Notes: a model not told the origin generated them from the letters alone. Counted from the stretch's first letter, positions 22,381 to 36,414 are shown. The stretch: 51,659 bases of DNA from Octopus bimaculoides (GCF_001194135.2 NC_068985.1:49697486-49749144); one strand, 5' to 3'. A program made the numbers and translations.

Positions 22381-24559
22381 CATTAGATCGTAGGCTAAAC
22401 ATTTACTGCTGCTCTGTATTACAGATACAGACATACACACACCCAGAAAGAAAAACTCTTCGCATACAAATGAATAACAGATTCCTCAGTGCTCACAAGT
22501 ACACACACACACACAGCAAGATAGTGCATGCACTCTCAAATACATACACATTTATGCATGCAAACTGTATACCTGATACACATTCATAAACAAACGATCT
22601 ACCACACATACATTAAAACCCATACATCCACAAAATACTACATAAATTCTCACATCACACACACACACACACAGAGGCCTAAATATATACATTAATTCAT
22701 TCAGAATGTCACATATCACACAACCACATACACAGGTATTAAATAACACATGTAAAGCTTTCAGGTAAGACTCAACAATATAGCAAAAAAAAAAAATGTG
22801 GTGGAATACTTTTGACTGCCAGAAGTAATGTTTTATACATTTAGGGAGCATCTGTAGCAATTTATTTTTTAGTTGGAAAATATTTTCTGATGGAATTAGA
22901 TGAAGAGGATGTTGGGTTTTTTTTTCTTTTAAACACTTTAATTATTGTTTATAGCAAACTGACAGTTTCATATGTTTTTAACGAGAAACAAATGTGTTGA
23001 TATTGTGAATGAATATACATCTTCGTTATCTTCACCTGCCAGTAACTTCACTAACACCGACGTCTTCCGAGATAGTGCATTGTAACATGCAAGTGGACCC
23101 TTTATAAGCATACAAACTCACACATAGATTTAAGCATACACACACACACACCCTATATATATATATAAGCATACATACGTATGTACTTAAGTGTGCGAAT
23201 GAATTCCTACGAAAGGGAATAGTATTGAAGGAAGGTTCTTAAAAATCTCCCAAATCACAAAGCACCAGGCTCAGATCGTGTATCGTGATATTGGTACAAG
23301 TATTTCATCTCTTTCTTAAGTAATTAGTTTGTGAAGTATGAAATGAGGACTTTCCAGTTTCACTGCACATATGATTCATCAAACGTCCTTTTTCATACCA
23401 TCATCCTTCTTCATTCTCTATCGGCAGTCATACCAATTACACCATCTTCCTCTACTTTTCCGTTGAAGATTTCAGGACTGTCCATCCTTCACTGTTATCA
23501 AGCTTTTCGATATTCTAGAAATTCTTTGCGTTTCTTTAGGTCAATTATTGCTGGCCTGCACCCTCATTTTCTTCGGATTCCAAACGTTATACTGTATGCA
23601 CAACATTTGAAGGTTGACAAAATGAATCAGAAAAAAACAGCGAAAGAAAACCTACATCAGCTGAGCTGTGCTGCAGTTGAAGTGTCAAAACATATATGAA
23701 AATATATCACGTGGCTGGTTGACCAAAACATTGAGATAAACCAAATTCCAGAAGATTTGGTAATTGCACTTCACCAAGACAGGATACATCAAATTCTTCA
23801 CGAAAGATAAACACCTTCTTTGAGATGCATTACATAACAAAAGATATACTACAACTTAAAAATTGTCGATACAGTTTTTTATCCTCTTGCTTGATCAACT
23901 GTCATGCTTACTAAAGAAACAACAAGCCTACAACAGCTTTACACAGTTCATGTATCAAGACTACAAGATCTTCACACAAACTATATAACAAACCTACACA
24001 TCTTTATATTAACTTACAATACCTTTACATAATCTACATAAACTTACGATACCATATAAAATCCATACAACAAACATACAATATCTCTATTGCATTTACT
24101 ATGGAGAGGAAGAAGAAATTAATAGCATAATACAACCAAAGGGTGAAAACTACAAATATTTTGAGCACTATAAGAATGTTCAATCTAATGGTCTCGTTAA
24201 GAACCATTGATGCAGAGGTTCCATTGTTGGGTTATTTGTTGTGATGGTTATATTGACTTAGACTTCTGCATAAGGAACATACAATTACGTGATAATGATC
24301 AAGGACGCTAAATGTACTTTATTATTAAGTTGAAAGGAAAAGATGCAACGTTTTGGTCATTTCCGAGATGATAGCAAGATACGTGAAACAAAATGGTTTC
24401 GAATTGGAAGCAAAAATGAACCCGGGACTCAGCTCGCTGAAAATGATATGAATAGTGAATACGAAAAAAAAAAAAGGATCAAACAAACTATTTGTGCGAG
24501 AAACAACGACCTCGGGTAATAGTACCTGTGAGAGACATTCAAATTAAGAACATGAAACA

Positions 24560-24830
24560 AGGCTATCTATATAGCAGACAATTCGAAATCATCGTTGATA
24601 CTGTCTACTCCACAAAAAGAGTTGACAGCAGAGTTCGTATTTATATTTTCTTCTCAGGTACTGAAAAGTACTACACCCAAAGAGTAGACTGGTTTCTCCT
24701 GGGCCGATATTATCGGTATTTAATATTAGTGGACGGATTTTGAAGGCCAAGAGCAAGGTTTCTGACCATAGCATGATTTTTCCCCCATTCCCAACTCTAG
24801 TCAATAAATGGAAGATTGCCCCTAAACATC
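24560..24830 (+). mobile_element. Highly decayed L1/Tx1 apurinic-like endonuclease remnant
   Basis: EIIVDTVYS...IYIFFSGTEKYYTQRVDWFLL resembles LVDxW...YTFFS...SRIDYFL, followed after a frameshift by SDHSMIF and KWKI. Confidence 0.45.
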
Positions 24831-25439
24831 AAGACATATATTAACCCTGATCACTTCTATTACATTTTTCCTCTTCCGCTCATGAAGAACACAGGCACGT
24901 AGAAGTAGCTGCTGCCAAACCTTCGTCACTAGCCAGTAAATCCATGCTCGGTAACACATCAATACCAATTCCAATGAATGGTATTAAGAACTGCCACGCT
25001 CCTACCATATTCACATTGCTCGCCGCCGATGTGGATATCTCCAGAATCTACAAATATGTAGATTAGACAATATAGAAAGAATGATATTGCCAAAATATAT
25101 ATATATATATATAAATAAAATAATTTCTAAGATTAAGAATATGTAACGTGACAGACTGGTTTGTAATATCGTTGACCACCAGCAGTAATTTTGTTAATCT
25201 CTCAAATATTTTGTTTTAAATATGGTGACATAAAAAGTACGAAAGCGCCCATAAGTGAAAAAAACTAAAATCAAGTTACCCTCACCTGCCAACGTAGTAC
25301 AATGTCTCATATTCTGGCTCCATCTACATTATCTAGAGACATTGTATCTTGGCATCTGGGCAATACAAAAATCTTTAGAAATAGTTTATGCAACGGGGTT
25401 GCATAACACTATGCACAAATATATGGCGGTTGTCGAATA

Positions 25440-25800
25440 GGCGCGACAAGAAGTTTGCCTCACAACCACATGCTGCCGGGTTCAGTCCCACAACGTGGTA
25501 CCTTGTCTTACTATAGCTTCGTGCCGACCAAAGCCTTGTGAGTGGATTTGTTAGACAGAAACTGAAAGAAGCCTCTGCGTGTGTGCGTATGTGTGTGTGT
25601 GTGTGTTCCCCTTTCTCGTCGCTTGACAACCGATGTTGGTGTTTACGTCTCTGTAATCTAGCAGTTCGGCCAAAGTGACCGATAGAATAAGTGCTAGAAA
25701 TACAATGAATAAGTCCTGTTGTCGATTTCTTCGACTAAAAAGCTTTTAAGGCGATGCTCCAGCATGGCCGCAGTCAAATGGCTGAAACAAGTAAAGGAAT
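25440..25800 (+). mobile_element. SINE B, near full length, internal (TG)n
   Basis: gggttcagtccca, ccgaccaaagccttgtgagtggattt, cagcatggccgcagtcaaatggctgaaacaagtaaa. Confidence 0.87.
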
Positions 25801-25807
25801 AAAATAA

Positions 25808-25838
<31 letters not shown>

Positions 25839-27410
25839 AGTTATAAAAACAAGTTTACATTAAACTTAAGGATTGATTACTCAATACTTTTTGAAAAGGA
25901 CGCACTTATTACTCCTTACTCTTCTACAAGAATAGGGACAGTGACTTCGAAGTTACAGCCAAGTAGCCTTCATCGGACTGTCCTATGAAAGCTAAGAGAC
26001 CGAAACTGTGAAGTCACTATCATCACTATTCTTGTAAAAGTACACACACACACACACACACACACAGTACAAAGAGAGTGTGCATTATGTAAATAGATAA
26101 TGAATAAATGTGCATAAAAATTTTTTTTAATTCCCTCGTTTAAGAATAAGAAACTCGAGTAAAAAAATATATTCAAAATAACATTATAAATATATATATA
26201 TATATATACATCTAAAATGATTAGGACTCATACAACAGCTGCTTTTTATTAATAAATGAGGTTACGACGGAAGTTATGAATATATGACCCGCAGAGTTCT
26301 TAAGACCTTGCTAAAAGTTCTATTGATTCTTCAGAAGACCTGAGGTGTCAGAAAATGTTTAATGTTTAGACAGTATGTGTGAGATTAAGCCAATACTTGC
26401 TTCATGTGCATTTGTGTTTGTTTATGGTTAACACACTTCCGTTTTCCACATACACAAACACATTCATGAATACCAGTATCCCTCTGCACTCGCGCGCATC
26501 TATCCACGCAGTATTGCGCGCGCGCACACGCACACACACACACACACACACATACATACACATTGCATATATGCATATGAACACATGTATTTTTGTGTGT
26601 GAATATGTCTACTTTGTGAATAGATGTATTTGCGTATACATAATTGACTTATGTTTGTGCGGATATAATTGCATGCGAGTATGCATGTGTATGTATATAC
26701 ATATGAAATATGGTAACGCGAGATGAATACCGCAGTTAATCAAGATATGGTCCAAAAATATACAAACTACAGATTTTGTCTTGAAAAATTTCTACCCATA
26801 GACTTCATACATAAAAACATATCCAAGAGACGTCAGGAGACTACCAGACACGGAGTTTCAGCATTATTTTACCTCTTCAGTTACAGGTATCGCCAAACTA
26901 AATTGGAGCTAAACTGAAACTTTTGTTCTTCTATATAGGAAACGGTAAACCAAACATTTGCTGGTGTGTGCTGAAGCTTGCCAAGCTAAAATTAAATTTA
27001 GCACAAACACACGAAACAAAATCATTCCGAAACACTATGCTTTTGGTTCGATGTACTTTTGCATACCATGTCCATAGGGTGAAACTTTTACGCGACAAAA
27101 TGTTGCAGTGAATGCTTTTCACATTCAAGTGTACAAAAATCTGTTTAAAACTGCAGTACATATCTTTGTTGTTTTGACCCTGTCTGCTTAGTGTGTTTAT
27201 ATATATATATAACTGCTTTGTAGCTTTGATCTTTGTAACTAAATATATCTATTATTTCATCTCTCGTTTCAGTGAGCCCCGTGTAGTGTGTTTCAACTTT
27301 TCCGTTTACAAAAGAGGAAAATATGCAAATAAAATAAAAACAAAACGTGAAAATTCCTTAAGATTTGTTACAGCCACAAGAAATTAGCGATATACTTCGG
27401 ATTTGTGCAT

Positions 27411-27575
<165 letters not shown>

Positions 27576-29098
27576 CGTCTACATGCATAGATGGATGTGT
27601 GCGTAAAACAAGACTAAACAGTGGAGATCATTTATAAAATATTTAGCCATCTTACGCACATTTCATTAACAAAAAATTATTATTTGACATTGTATCTGGT
27701 TTGCAAAATCCTCTATGTGAAATTCATGTGCTGAAATATATTTCATTGTATCTAGGGAAAGTCATGCCAATATTATTAACACGTGCACTGGTTCAATTCC
27801 ATTCCTTTATTATAAATCAATTGGTTAAATATCCAACAAACTAATCGATTGCTTGTTAAACTTGGTTAAACAGTAAGTCGTTTGTTTACTTTTTCTTTTT
27901 GTATGCACGCAGCGTGCATACATTCGATGGTAGGTAGGTTTTTGGGTGGTTAGGTTAGTTATATAGATTGTTTTTATTACTTAGTTAATTATATAGCTCG
28001 GTAGATAGGTGGGAAGATAGGCAAGTAAATATGTAGGTACGCATCAAAATAAGCAACAAGGATATCCAGAGGTAATGCAGTACGATCGTTTCATGCAACT
28101 CTATTTAATTGAACAATGCAGCCATTACATCAATTTAAATGCAGAGCTATCCTCAATTGCACAAAGACATAGAATTTAATTAAATTAAAATAGATGGACA
28201 CATTAGTATAATTTTACCTAAAATCTCCAAGAAGTTAAGGAGACAAAGAACATGCTGCCTTCACTTCCAGGTAGATAGGTAAATAGGTACTACGGACAGA
28301 CATGCATATACACAGACACACAAGGAGACAAACACGATCTTACAAACACACACACACCACCTATATGCAAGTACACACAGATACATGCATTGGCACATAT
28401 ATACACACAAGACATACACATAGTACGCATACACACACACTAACATATATGGGCACATACACAACAGGCGCAAGTGCACAGACACACAACTCACGTGCAC
28501 AGAAACACCTACGCACGCACACACAAACACTCTGGCACGCACGCAAGTACTCTGGTTTGCACGCAACAAGATCTCTGACAGACAAACGCAGTCTCCGTAA
28601 CGGACTAAAAGAACAGTCATTGAAAAGTTTGCAAAGAGCAACGAAAGAGCTTTGACAAACAAAAACGAAAAAGAAACGAAAACAAAGCAAACGACTTGCT
28701 GTTTAACTAACTTAGACGAACAATCGCTTAGTTCGTTGGATATTTAAACAGTATTGGAATAATGACTCTCCACGGACACAACAAAATATTATTTGTTATT
28801 TGATGCAAATTATATAATCAAATTGCATTGTTAATCCGAAGAGACGCGTAACATTCATTCTTTGTTAATGAAACATACATAAGATGGCGTGTAACTAAAT
28901 ATTTTCAATCTCTACTATTTTTGTTTTGTTTTTCTAAATGTCCGCTATGACACACCCAAAAGCAGATCCCATCCGAATTATACGTGGACTATAAAAAGAA
29001 TCTTGCTCATAATCTCTCTTCAGACATACGGGAATACACAGAATTCTAAATATTGAAATTCTAGTTAGCTGTCATGCAATTAGATTTGTAACTCTCTC

Positions 29099-29101
<3 letters not shown>

Positions 29102-29151
<50 letters not shown>
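29102..29151. repeat. (CA)n microsatellite
   Basis: Read directly. Confidence 0.97.
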
Positions 29152-29152
<1 letters not shown>

Positions 29153-29377
29153 TAGATGGATGGATGGCTGGATGGGCAGGTAGATAGATAAGTAGGTAGG
29201 TAGGTATGTCTGTGTGCACACGCGTACACATGTATGTTATGTATACATGTATGCATGTATATGCATGCATGCAGACAGGCACACAGAAGCTCGTAGTTAG
29301 CTATAAAAACCAAAACTTTGTTCATATATATTTTCATACTCTGAATTAATTTTGCCTGCCTGCGGAGTAAATTAAAT

Positions 29378-30122
29378 NNNNNNNNNNNNNNNNNNNNNNN
29401 NNNNNNNNNNNNNNNNNNNNNNNNNNNNNNNNNNNNNNNNNNNNNNNNNNNNNNNNNNNNNNNNNNNNNNNNNNNNNNNNNNNNNNNNNNNNNNNNNNNN
29501 NNNNNNNNNNNNNNNNNNNNNNNNNNNNNNNNNNNNNNNNNNNNNNNNNNNNNNNNNNNNNNNNNNNNNNNNNNNNNNNNNNNNNNNNNNNNNNNNNNNN
29601 NNNNNNNNNNNNNNNNNNNNNNNNNNNNNNNNNNNNNNNNNNNNNNNNNNNNNNNNNNNNNNNNNNNNNNNNNNNNNNNNNNNNNNNNNNNNNNNNNNNN
29701 NNNNNNNNNNNNNNNNNNNNNNNNNNNNNNNNNNNNNNNNNNNNNNNNNNNNNNNNNNNNNNNNNNNNNNNNNNNNNNNNNNNNNNNNNNNNNNNNNNNN
29801 NNNNNNNNNNNNNNNNNNNNNNNNNNNNNNNNNNNNNNNNNNNNNNNNNNNNNNNNNNNNNNNNNNNNNNNNNNNNNNNNNNNNNNNNNNNNNNNNNNNN
29901 NNNNNNNNNNNNNNNNNNNNNNNNNNNNNNNNNNNNNNNNNNNNNNNNNNNNNNNNNNNNNNNNNNNNNNNNNNNNNNNNNNNNNNNNNNNNNNNNNNNN
30001 NNNNNNNNNNNNNNNNNNNNNNNNNNNNNNNNNNNNNNNNNNNNNNNNNNNNNNNNNNNNNNNNNNNNNNNNNNNNNNNNNNNNNNNNNNNNNNNNNNNN
30101 NNNNNNNNNNNNNNNNNNNNNN
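29378..30122. other. Assembly gap
   Basis: N run. Confidence 1.
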
Positions 30123-30470
30123 TTTCATCCTTTCAGGGTCGATAAATTAAGTACCAGTGAAATACTAGGGTCGATGTAATCGACAAGTCTCCTCTCCCAA
30201 AATTTCAGGCCTAGTACCTATAATGAAAAAAAAAAAAAAAAAGGATTATTATTATAGGCGGCGAACTGGCAGAATCGTTAGCGCGCCGGACGAAATGCTT
30301 AGCGGTATTTCGCCCGTTGTTATGTTCTGAGTTCAAATTCCGACGAAGTCGACTTTACCTTTCATCCTTTCGGAGTCGATAAAATAAGTACAAGTGAAAC
30401 ACTGTGGTGGATGTAATCGACTAATCCTCTCCCACCAAATTCAATGCCTTGTGCCTTTAGTAGAAAGGAT
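30123..30470 (+). mobile_element. Two tandem SINE A copies (3' half, then full length from 30257)
   Basis: The second copy starts directly after aaggattattattata, the tail of the first. Confidence 0.9.
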
Positions 30471-30838
30471 TGTTGTTGCTGATATTGGTAAACGAAGTAT
30501 ATTGACAATTTGTTGTTATTTATATTGTCACACAAAAGTTATTGTTATAACCAGAATCTTAGAGAGCTGAGTAATTGTTCTCTATGTGTAGCCCTTGGGG
30601 GTTGAATTGAGGATGGTTTAACAAGCAAGTTCGTCGATTTTTGTTTTATAAAGAAAGATGACGGTCGAGAATTGTTCGTCTGCTGAAAAGAACACAGATT
30701 GTAAAAGTCCGTAACAGCAGCAGCAACAACGCAGCACGGGAAATGTATGAAAGTTACTTTTCGATGCTAGAAAATTCAGCACCGCCATCACAACAAAAGA
30801 AATCAATTACACAAAAAAGCAATAACACTAGCGAGAAC

Positions 30839-31258
30839 GGATCTTTCTGATTTGACGGGCGCCACTTGTTTTCTTAACGAAACACTTTCAAACTTGGGAC
30901 ACTGGTAGAATGTGTCATATAAAACATCTTTTACTCTTAGTGTTATTGAGAAAATTTTATCTTTTTAAAGTTATTTCGTGTTAAAATTGTCGTATTTCGG
31001 TAATTTCAACCAATCACTGACGTCTATTGAGGTGAAAACAATTACTGCTGTGGAATGTAAACAAGACGTTCTAGCGGTGTAATGGGATCTTTTCTCTTGA
31101 ATAAAATTAGTGCCGTTGTTTGTCAACAACAACTATCGGCGGTACTGTTATTTATGACATCGTTTGTGCGTTTGTACTGGTTTTAGCTAACCCTAACCCT
31201 AACACCCTAACCCTAACACCCTAACCCTAAAACCCTAACCCTAAAACCCTAAAGCTAA
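30839..31258 (+). mobile_element. GGATC-ended non-autonomous element carrying a (CCCTAA)-like array (31187-31252)
   Basis: About 200 bp are shared in reverse orientation with 35860-36072 (ttaacgaaacactttcaaacttgg.cactggtagaatgtgtcatataaaacatcttt; aatttcaaccaatcactgacgtc). Confidence 0.75.
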
Positions 31259-31309
31259 ATTATTAGGTTTAGTAGGCATTAGTGATAGAAGAAGAATAGA
31301 GGGAACCTC

Positions 31310-32880
31310 AGCTGAACAGAGTTTAAGATTTTGGCCAAGGTGTTAGTGAAGAGTTTGGCGTTTATCGTCGAGGATTTGGTTGTGGAGGCGCAAAACTGCA
31401 CAATCCCGACCAAGTCCATACACGACAACCTCCACATCATGCGATACATCATAGAAAGGGTAGGGTATAAACCTGGATTCGGTGGGGCTCTGATCAAATT
31501 AGATAGGGTCGACCATCGATACCTGGGGGCTGTCCTCAAGCAGCTGGCTTCGGCCCCGTCTCCAGAGGCTGGATCGCTGCAAGGCACAGTGGTCAAAGTT
31601 AATAGCCACCACTCAGAACCGTTTCAAATTTCCGTCATCGACTAACGCCTGACCGTCGTACCTTTCCCCCATTCGCGCGTTGCCAAGTTGGAGCGCCTCC
31701 TCTTCAAATTCTTGTGGAGGGGACAGGTTCCGTTGGTGAGGCGGTCCATCTGCTGCCAGCACCTTCTAGATGGCGGGCTGGTCATGCCGTGGCTAATGAT
31801 GCGTAGACATGCGGCACCTCCAGATATTCTGCCTAAACGGTAAACACGTTTAGTCGCCGTTTGTCAAACAGGCCTTTCCCCAGCTAGTCTCCTTGACTGA
31901 GCTGCAGTTCTGGGCCAAGAAGAGACCCAGACAGACAGACCCTGACATCTGGAATGTTGCCAGGCACTCACTGCCCTCTACCAAGTCGGAAAATTGGTCG
32001 GTGGAACATCCACTCTTGAATTCTATAGAGGGTTAGTGGTGGGAAAGTGCGATGACGCACACGGAGAGGCGCTGGACGTCGACGAAGTCGGACTGACCAG
32101 TCTGTTCCGGAGGTCTTTCGAGCCTGGGATGATGGATAACTTCCAGAAATCGCTCGCTTGGCAGTCTACCGGGGAGCACTGCCGATTCGAGATAAACTCT
32201 ACAGGCATGGAAGTGCTGTCGGATGGACCCGCCCGAGATGCGCGCAGAGCGACGAAACCATTCTCCATGCACTCGCCCAATATCCATGCATTACTGACTT
32301 GTGGAGTAATATGTCGAACAGTTATTGCCGTGTACGACGGATCAGGTTATCGGCCAAGTCCATAGTGAGGATTGACCTGCCGCCTTCCTTTGGCCAGGAA
32401 AGGCAGTCAGTTTTCCTCTGTCTGGCAACAGTAACGAAAGAGGTATGGTATACCATTTTGAAAAGACTGAACACAGATGCTTTTCTCTTCGGCCAATCCC
32501 TCACCAACTTTTTCAAATTACACTTGGAAAGAAAGACGAGGGTGGAGAGAGAAGTGATGCTTCTCAGTACATTTGCTGAAAGGTGGGTGATGTAGCGAAA
32601 ATGGCCCGTGTGAGTGGACCTACTCTAATAATGCGCTTGTAGGCTGGTGAATATGAGGAGAGATGTACCCTTCTCGAATACCCTCGAAGCTTCGGGTGGT
32701 TCAGGATTGGTGGAGTACCTGAGCCAACACTGGGTGGTCATCCCCGCCTATTGGGGAAATCCCATTGTCATATTTTTGTTTAATGTTTGTTATTGTTTTC
32801 CTAATTGCTTACTCGTTGTTTTGTGTCCCCGTCTACTGTATTGTCGCCTATCTGTCGGTCCTAACGGCCAATAAATGACA
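31310..32880 (+). mobile_element. Decayed, internally deleted Tx1/L1 3' half with C-terminal zinc-binding region and 3' UTR
   Basis: KILAKVL...SIHDNLHIMRYII...GGALIKLDRVDHRYL; KLERLLFKFLWRGQVPLVRRSICCQH; AWQ(fs)VYRGALPIRDKLYRHG...RCAQSDETILHAL; RVEREVMLLSTFAERW; aataaa then (TAA)n. Confidence 0.9.
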
Positions 32881-32929
32881 TAATAATAATAATAATAATA
32901 ATAATTATTATTATTATTATTATTATTAT
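32880..32929. repeat. (TAA)n abutting (TTA)n, a palindromic microsatellite
   Basis: taataat...ataattattat... read directly. Confidence 0.9.
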
Positions 32930-32996
32930 CGTTTAGATTATCAAAAACGGTAAATTGTTTTTCTTTCCCCCGTGTATATTTGAAGTTACACACTCA

Positions 32997-33035
<39 letters not shown>

Positions 33036-33544
33036 TTCACCTGATAAAAAACAAACCTACATTTAATAACTCACCGCCGCTATCACTAACACCTCAACCG
33101 CTAGATGCTCTCAGTCAACATTATTGCACACTCCAGCATTACCAGCACTGCTTCCAACACCCCCAGCACATTTCAGTAACCACAATTTTCCTGTCGCTTG
33201 CTGGATAATTTATATTAACGTAGATAAGAAGCATAAGATATTATCCCAGTCTGCATGAAACACGAAGATTTGAGTAAAAACAACAAATGTATGCCTGACA
33301 TGTGGGGGGGGGGCTGGTTGATTCTCAAGTCGCTCTTTACGTCGAGTATAAAGGGTAAAAAAAGATAGAGAGACAGTTAACATAAGAAGAGCAAGATGAA
33401 TGCACATACTAGGCCTGGTAGCGAAAGGGGGGAGAAGAGGGAATAAATGACAGTAGCTATGAGAGATGTTATCGAAATGAGAAATTTGTTTTAATTCCAA
33501 GATAATAAATATTTTCCTTTTGGAAATTAGTATTCATTTCATCA

Positions 33545-33690
33545 TTTTGGTTGTACTTTAGCGTGCAGTCTACCATAGTATCCGTAGTCTACGGTGTGAA
33601 ATAACCTGGCCTGGGTTAGAGTTAAGGTTAAACTGCAGGCCAAAGTGTAAATGGCCAGGTAGACTGCACACTAAAATGGCACCAAGAAAA
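33545..33690. mobile_element. About 150-bp element with inverted repeats and an internal GGGTTA-like run
   Basis: 33557-33574 pairs with 33658-33675 (17/18). A second copy at 42073-42226 shares ctacg.tgtgaaataa and aaagt.taaatggccaggta. Confidence 0.7.
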
Positions 33691-33899
33691 TTAATAAAAG
33701 TTAAATTGATATTATTCTATATATGCAGTATTTCATGGTATTAGTCATGGTGGTAATGTATTCCTCCAAAGTTACCCCTTGAGTGAACCACTGCTTGAAG
33801 CTTCTCATTCCTCATCTCCAGGCAACTGGTCTTATGATGAATGAATGTTCCTTACATATCCTCGTCAACTGAGTCTGTTTGGGTCAGGCTGAAGACAAT

Positions 33900-34440
33900 G
33901 GTTCAGGGATTCTTGATTCTACATTCGTTCTAGTCCTCCGTTTGTTCAATGCAATAACTTCTTTTTTTCAGCTGCTCGGGATAACTAGTAACAGCTTCTG
34001 TGCCAGTACTGACAGCTTCACCAGTCATCTTTAAATTGTACACATTTCAGCGCTTTATAAACATTTCAAACCAACCTTTATCACAAAGGGTTTTTCACAA
34101 GAAGTTTCACCTTCCTTTTTCTGCAAATCGTCATACAAATTTTTGGCTTATTTTAATTACCATCGTGCTTATAAGTACATTATATCGACTTTGATCTTCG
34201 ATCCATATACCCCAAGAGCTGTCCTATTAGGTTTATGAAAAAAGAAGGTCCGAACAGTTAAAATAACTTCTTAAGCACTTGGCTTTTCTATTGTCATGTA
34301 TTGTTTTCCCTGTAGACGTTGCAAGCTTTAATGTTGTGGCATTGTGGTTAATTTTTACTCCCGCATTAACCCATTGCCTGCCTTTCTAAAATATCAGGTT
34401 TAATATCTGGTGTGATCCTTTTGTGGTTCCATTTCACACA
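33900..34440 (-). mobile_element. Tigger/pogo transposase remnant (N-terminal HTH and CENP-B HTH region)
   Basis: HKRITPDIKPDILER...LATSTGKTI; GIWIEDQSRYNV (WIEDQ at 34191-34205); AKNLYDDLQKKEGE; KGWFEMFIKR*NVYNLKMTGEAVSTGTEAVTSYPEQLKK. Confidence 0.86.
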
Positions 34441-35076
34441 AGTGCCTTAAGTTCCACATCACAGTTTCTTTCTTGAATCGTCGGTAAATCCGGCAGTGTC
34501 GGTATTCAACAATTCTCCGCAACAAATATGTAGTAAAAGAAAAAACAGCATCAAGGAATAACTGTTTTGTAAGAACAATATCTGTCTTATTCCTCGGAAT
34601 GTAAGAATAGAAAAGAGAAGATGAAAACGTGAAGGAGTGAGGTAGAGGAAGTACTTTACGATTACAGTTAGTTGAAGGATTACCAAGTTTACGAACACAT
34701 CGATCTTTGCACCACTAACCAGACCTCATAAAAACTCCACTCACTCACTCGTTTTTTCTTTCTCTCTCTCTCTTTCTCAAACAAACACACATAACGTTAT
34801 GTTGACAAGTCAATCCACATTGACCTAAGATCAAAGACATTCCATTCAACTGTCAAAAAGTAGGGAACCATGTTATTTCCTGTGATAGTCTGTTATTGTA
34901 AATGAAGTTGCTTATCTTGTTCATAGTATTGTTGGTGTTGATCAATCATTAAGACGTTAATGGTTTGCTAGTGACGATGTTTGTATTCGCGTTGGCGTTG
35001 ATGATAGTAACGTTTATGAAGACTCATTGAGATAGACGTAGAGACAGGAGATACTCATTTTGACTCAAGAAAATAT

Positions 35077-35268
35077 ACAGGCGCAGGAGTGGCTGTGTGG
35101 TAAGTAGCTTGGTTCTGGGTTCCACATGGTTCTGGGTTCAGTCCCACTGCGTGGCACCTTGGGCAAGTGTCTTCTACTATAGCCACGGGTCGACCAAAGC
35201 CTTGTGAGTGGATTTGGTAGACGGAAACTGAAAGAAGCCCGTCGTATATATGTATGTATATATATATA
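35077..35268 (+). mobile_element. SINE B 5' half, low divergence, ending at (TA)n and the 35269-35727 gap
   Basis: aggcgcaggagTGGCTGTGTGGtaag...GGGTTCAGTCCCactgcgtggcaccttgggcaagtgtcttctactatagcc. Confidence 0.9.
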
Positions 35269-35781
35269 NNNNNNNNNNNNNNNNNNNNNNNNNNNNNNNN
35301 NNNNNNNNNNNNNNNNNNNNNNNNNNNNNNNNNNNNNNNNNNNNNNNNNNNNNNNNNNNNNNNNNNNNNNNNNNNNNNNNNNNNNNNNNNNNNNNNNNNN
35401 NNNNNNNNNNNNNNNNNNNNNNNNNNNNNNNNNNNNNNNNNNNNNNNNNNNNNNNNNNNNNNNNNNNNNNNNNNNNNNNNNNNNNNNNNNNNNNNNNNNN
35501 NNNNNNNNNNNNNNNNNNNNNNNNNNNNNNNNNNNNNNNNNNNNNNNNNNNNNNNNNNNNNNNNNNNNNNNNNNNNNNNNNNNNNNNNNNNNNNNNNNNN
35601 NNNNNNNNNNNNNNNNNNNNNNNNNNNNNNNNNNNNNNNNNNNNNNNNNNNNNNNNNNNNNNNNNNNNNNNNNNNNNNNNNNNNNNNNNNNNNNNNNNNN
35701 NNNNNNNNNNNNNNNNNNNNNNNNNNNTACATAAACAAACGATTCTTCGTTTTATTTGCTTTTTTTCATTTTAAATTTGCT

Positions 35782-36072
35782 TTAACCCTAACCCTAACCC
35801 TAACCCTAGGGTTAGGGTTAGGGTTAGGGTTAATTGTTTCAGAATCGTTTGTTTATGTAGTCGGCACTTAATGTATATCGGCTGAATGGACGTCAGTGAT
35901 TGGTTGAAATTACAGAAATACGACAACTTTAACATGGAATAATTTATGGATTTCTTTTTTTTTTTAAGAAGACTAAGAGAAAAAGATGTTTTATATGACA
36001 CATTCTACCAGTGATCCAAGTTTCAAAGTGTTTCGTTAATGAAAAATGTGGCCCCCGTTTTAAAAAAGATCC
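35782..36072 (-). mobile_element. Second GGATC-family copy with a telomere-like palindrome at its end
   Basis: Ends ...aaaaaagatcc at 36072; reverse complement of the 30839 element; (TAACCC)4 followed by its inverse at 35782-35833. Confidence 0.75.
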
Positions 36073-36412
36073 GAACTTCCTTACGATACCTCCTGGGAGT
36101 TCGCGGTATGAAATTCATTGTCATTGCTCCGATTTGGTCACCAGTATCATGTATTTAGTTTAAATTGCAGTAAAAATAGGAGGGGTCAGTGGGGCCCCAA
36201 TTAGGCGGTTATTCCAACCGCTAACTCTGATTCACATATATGTGTGTGTGTGAGTGGGTGCACTGTGTGTATAGACAGTAGTGAACAACTCTTCTATGTA
36301 TATAATGTTGAAACCACTCCGGTTTGGGGTTAAAACAACAAAAAGTCGCCTTGTGTCAAATATGAGAAATCAATATTATATCCTCTCGTTCTCTCTAACA
36401 CACACTCACACC

Positions 36413-36414
<2 letters not shown>

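Noticed and set aside
23690-23812. Mariner HTH-like peptide (VDQNIEINQIPEDL...IHQILHE)
   Set aside because: Similarity is too short and diffuse, with no WVP or DDD motifs nearby.
24290-24470. RTE-like C-terminal trace (MQRFGHFRDDSKIR)
   Set aside because: Only one weak motif; cannot be supported without a profile search.
35782-35833. Chromosome end-to-end fusion scar
   Set aside because: A fusion gives TTAGGG then CCCTAA; the order here is reversed and the array is embedded in a repeat family.
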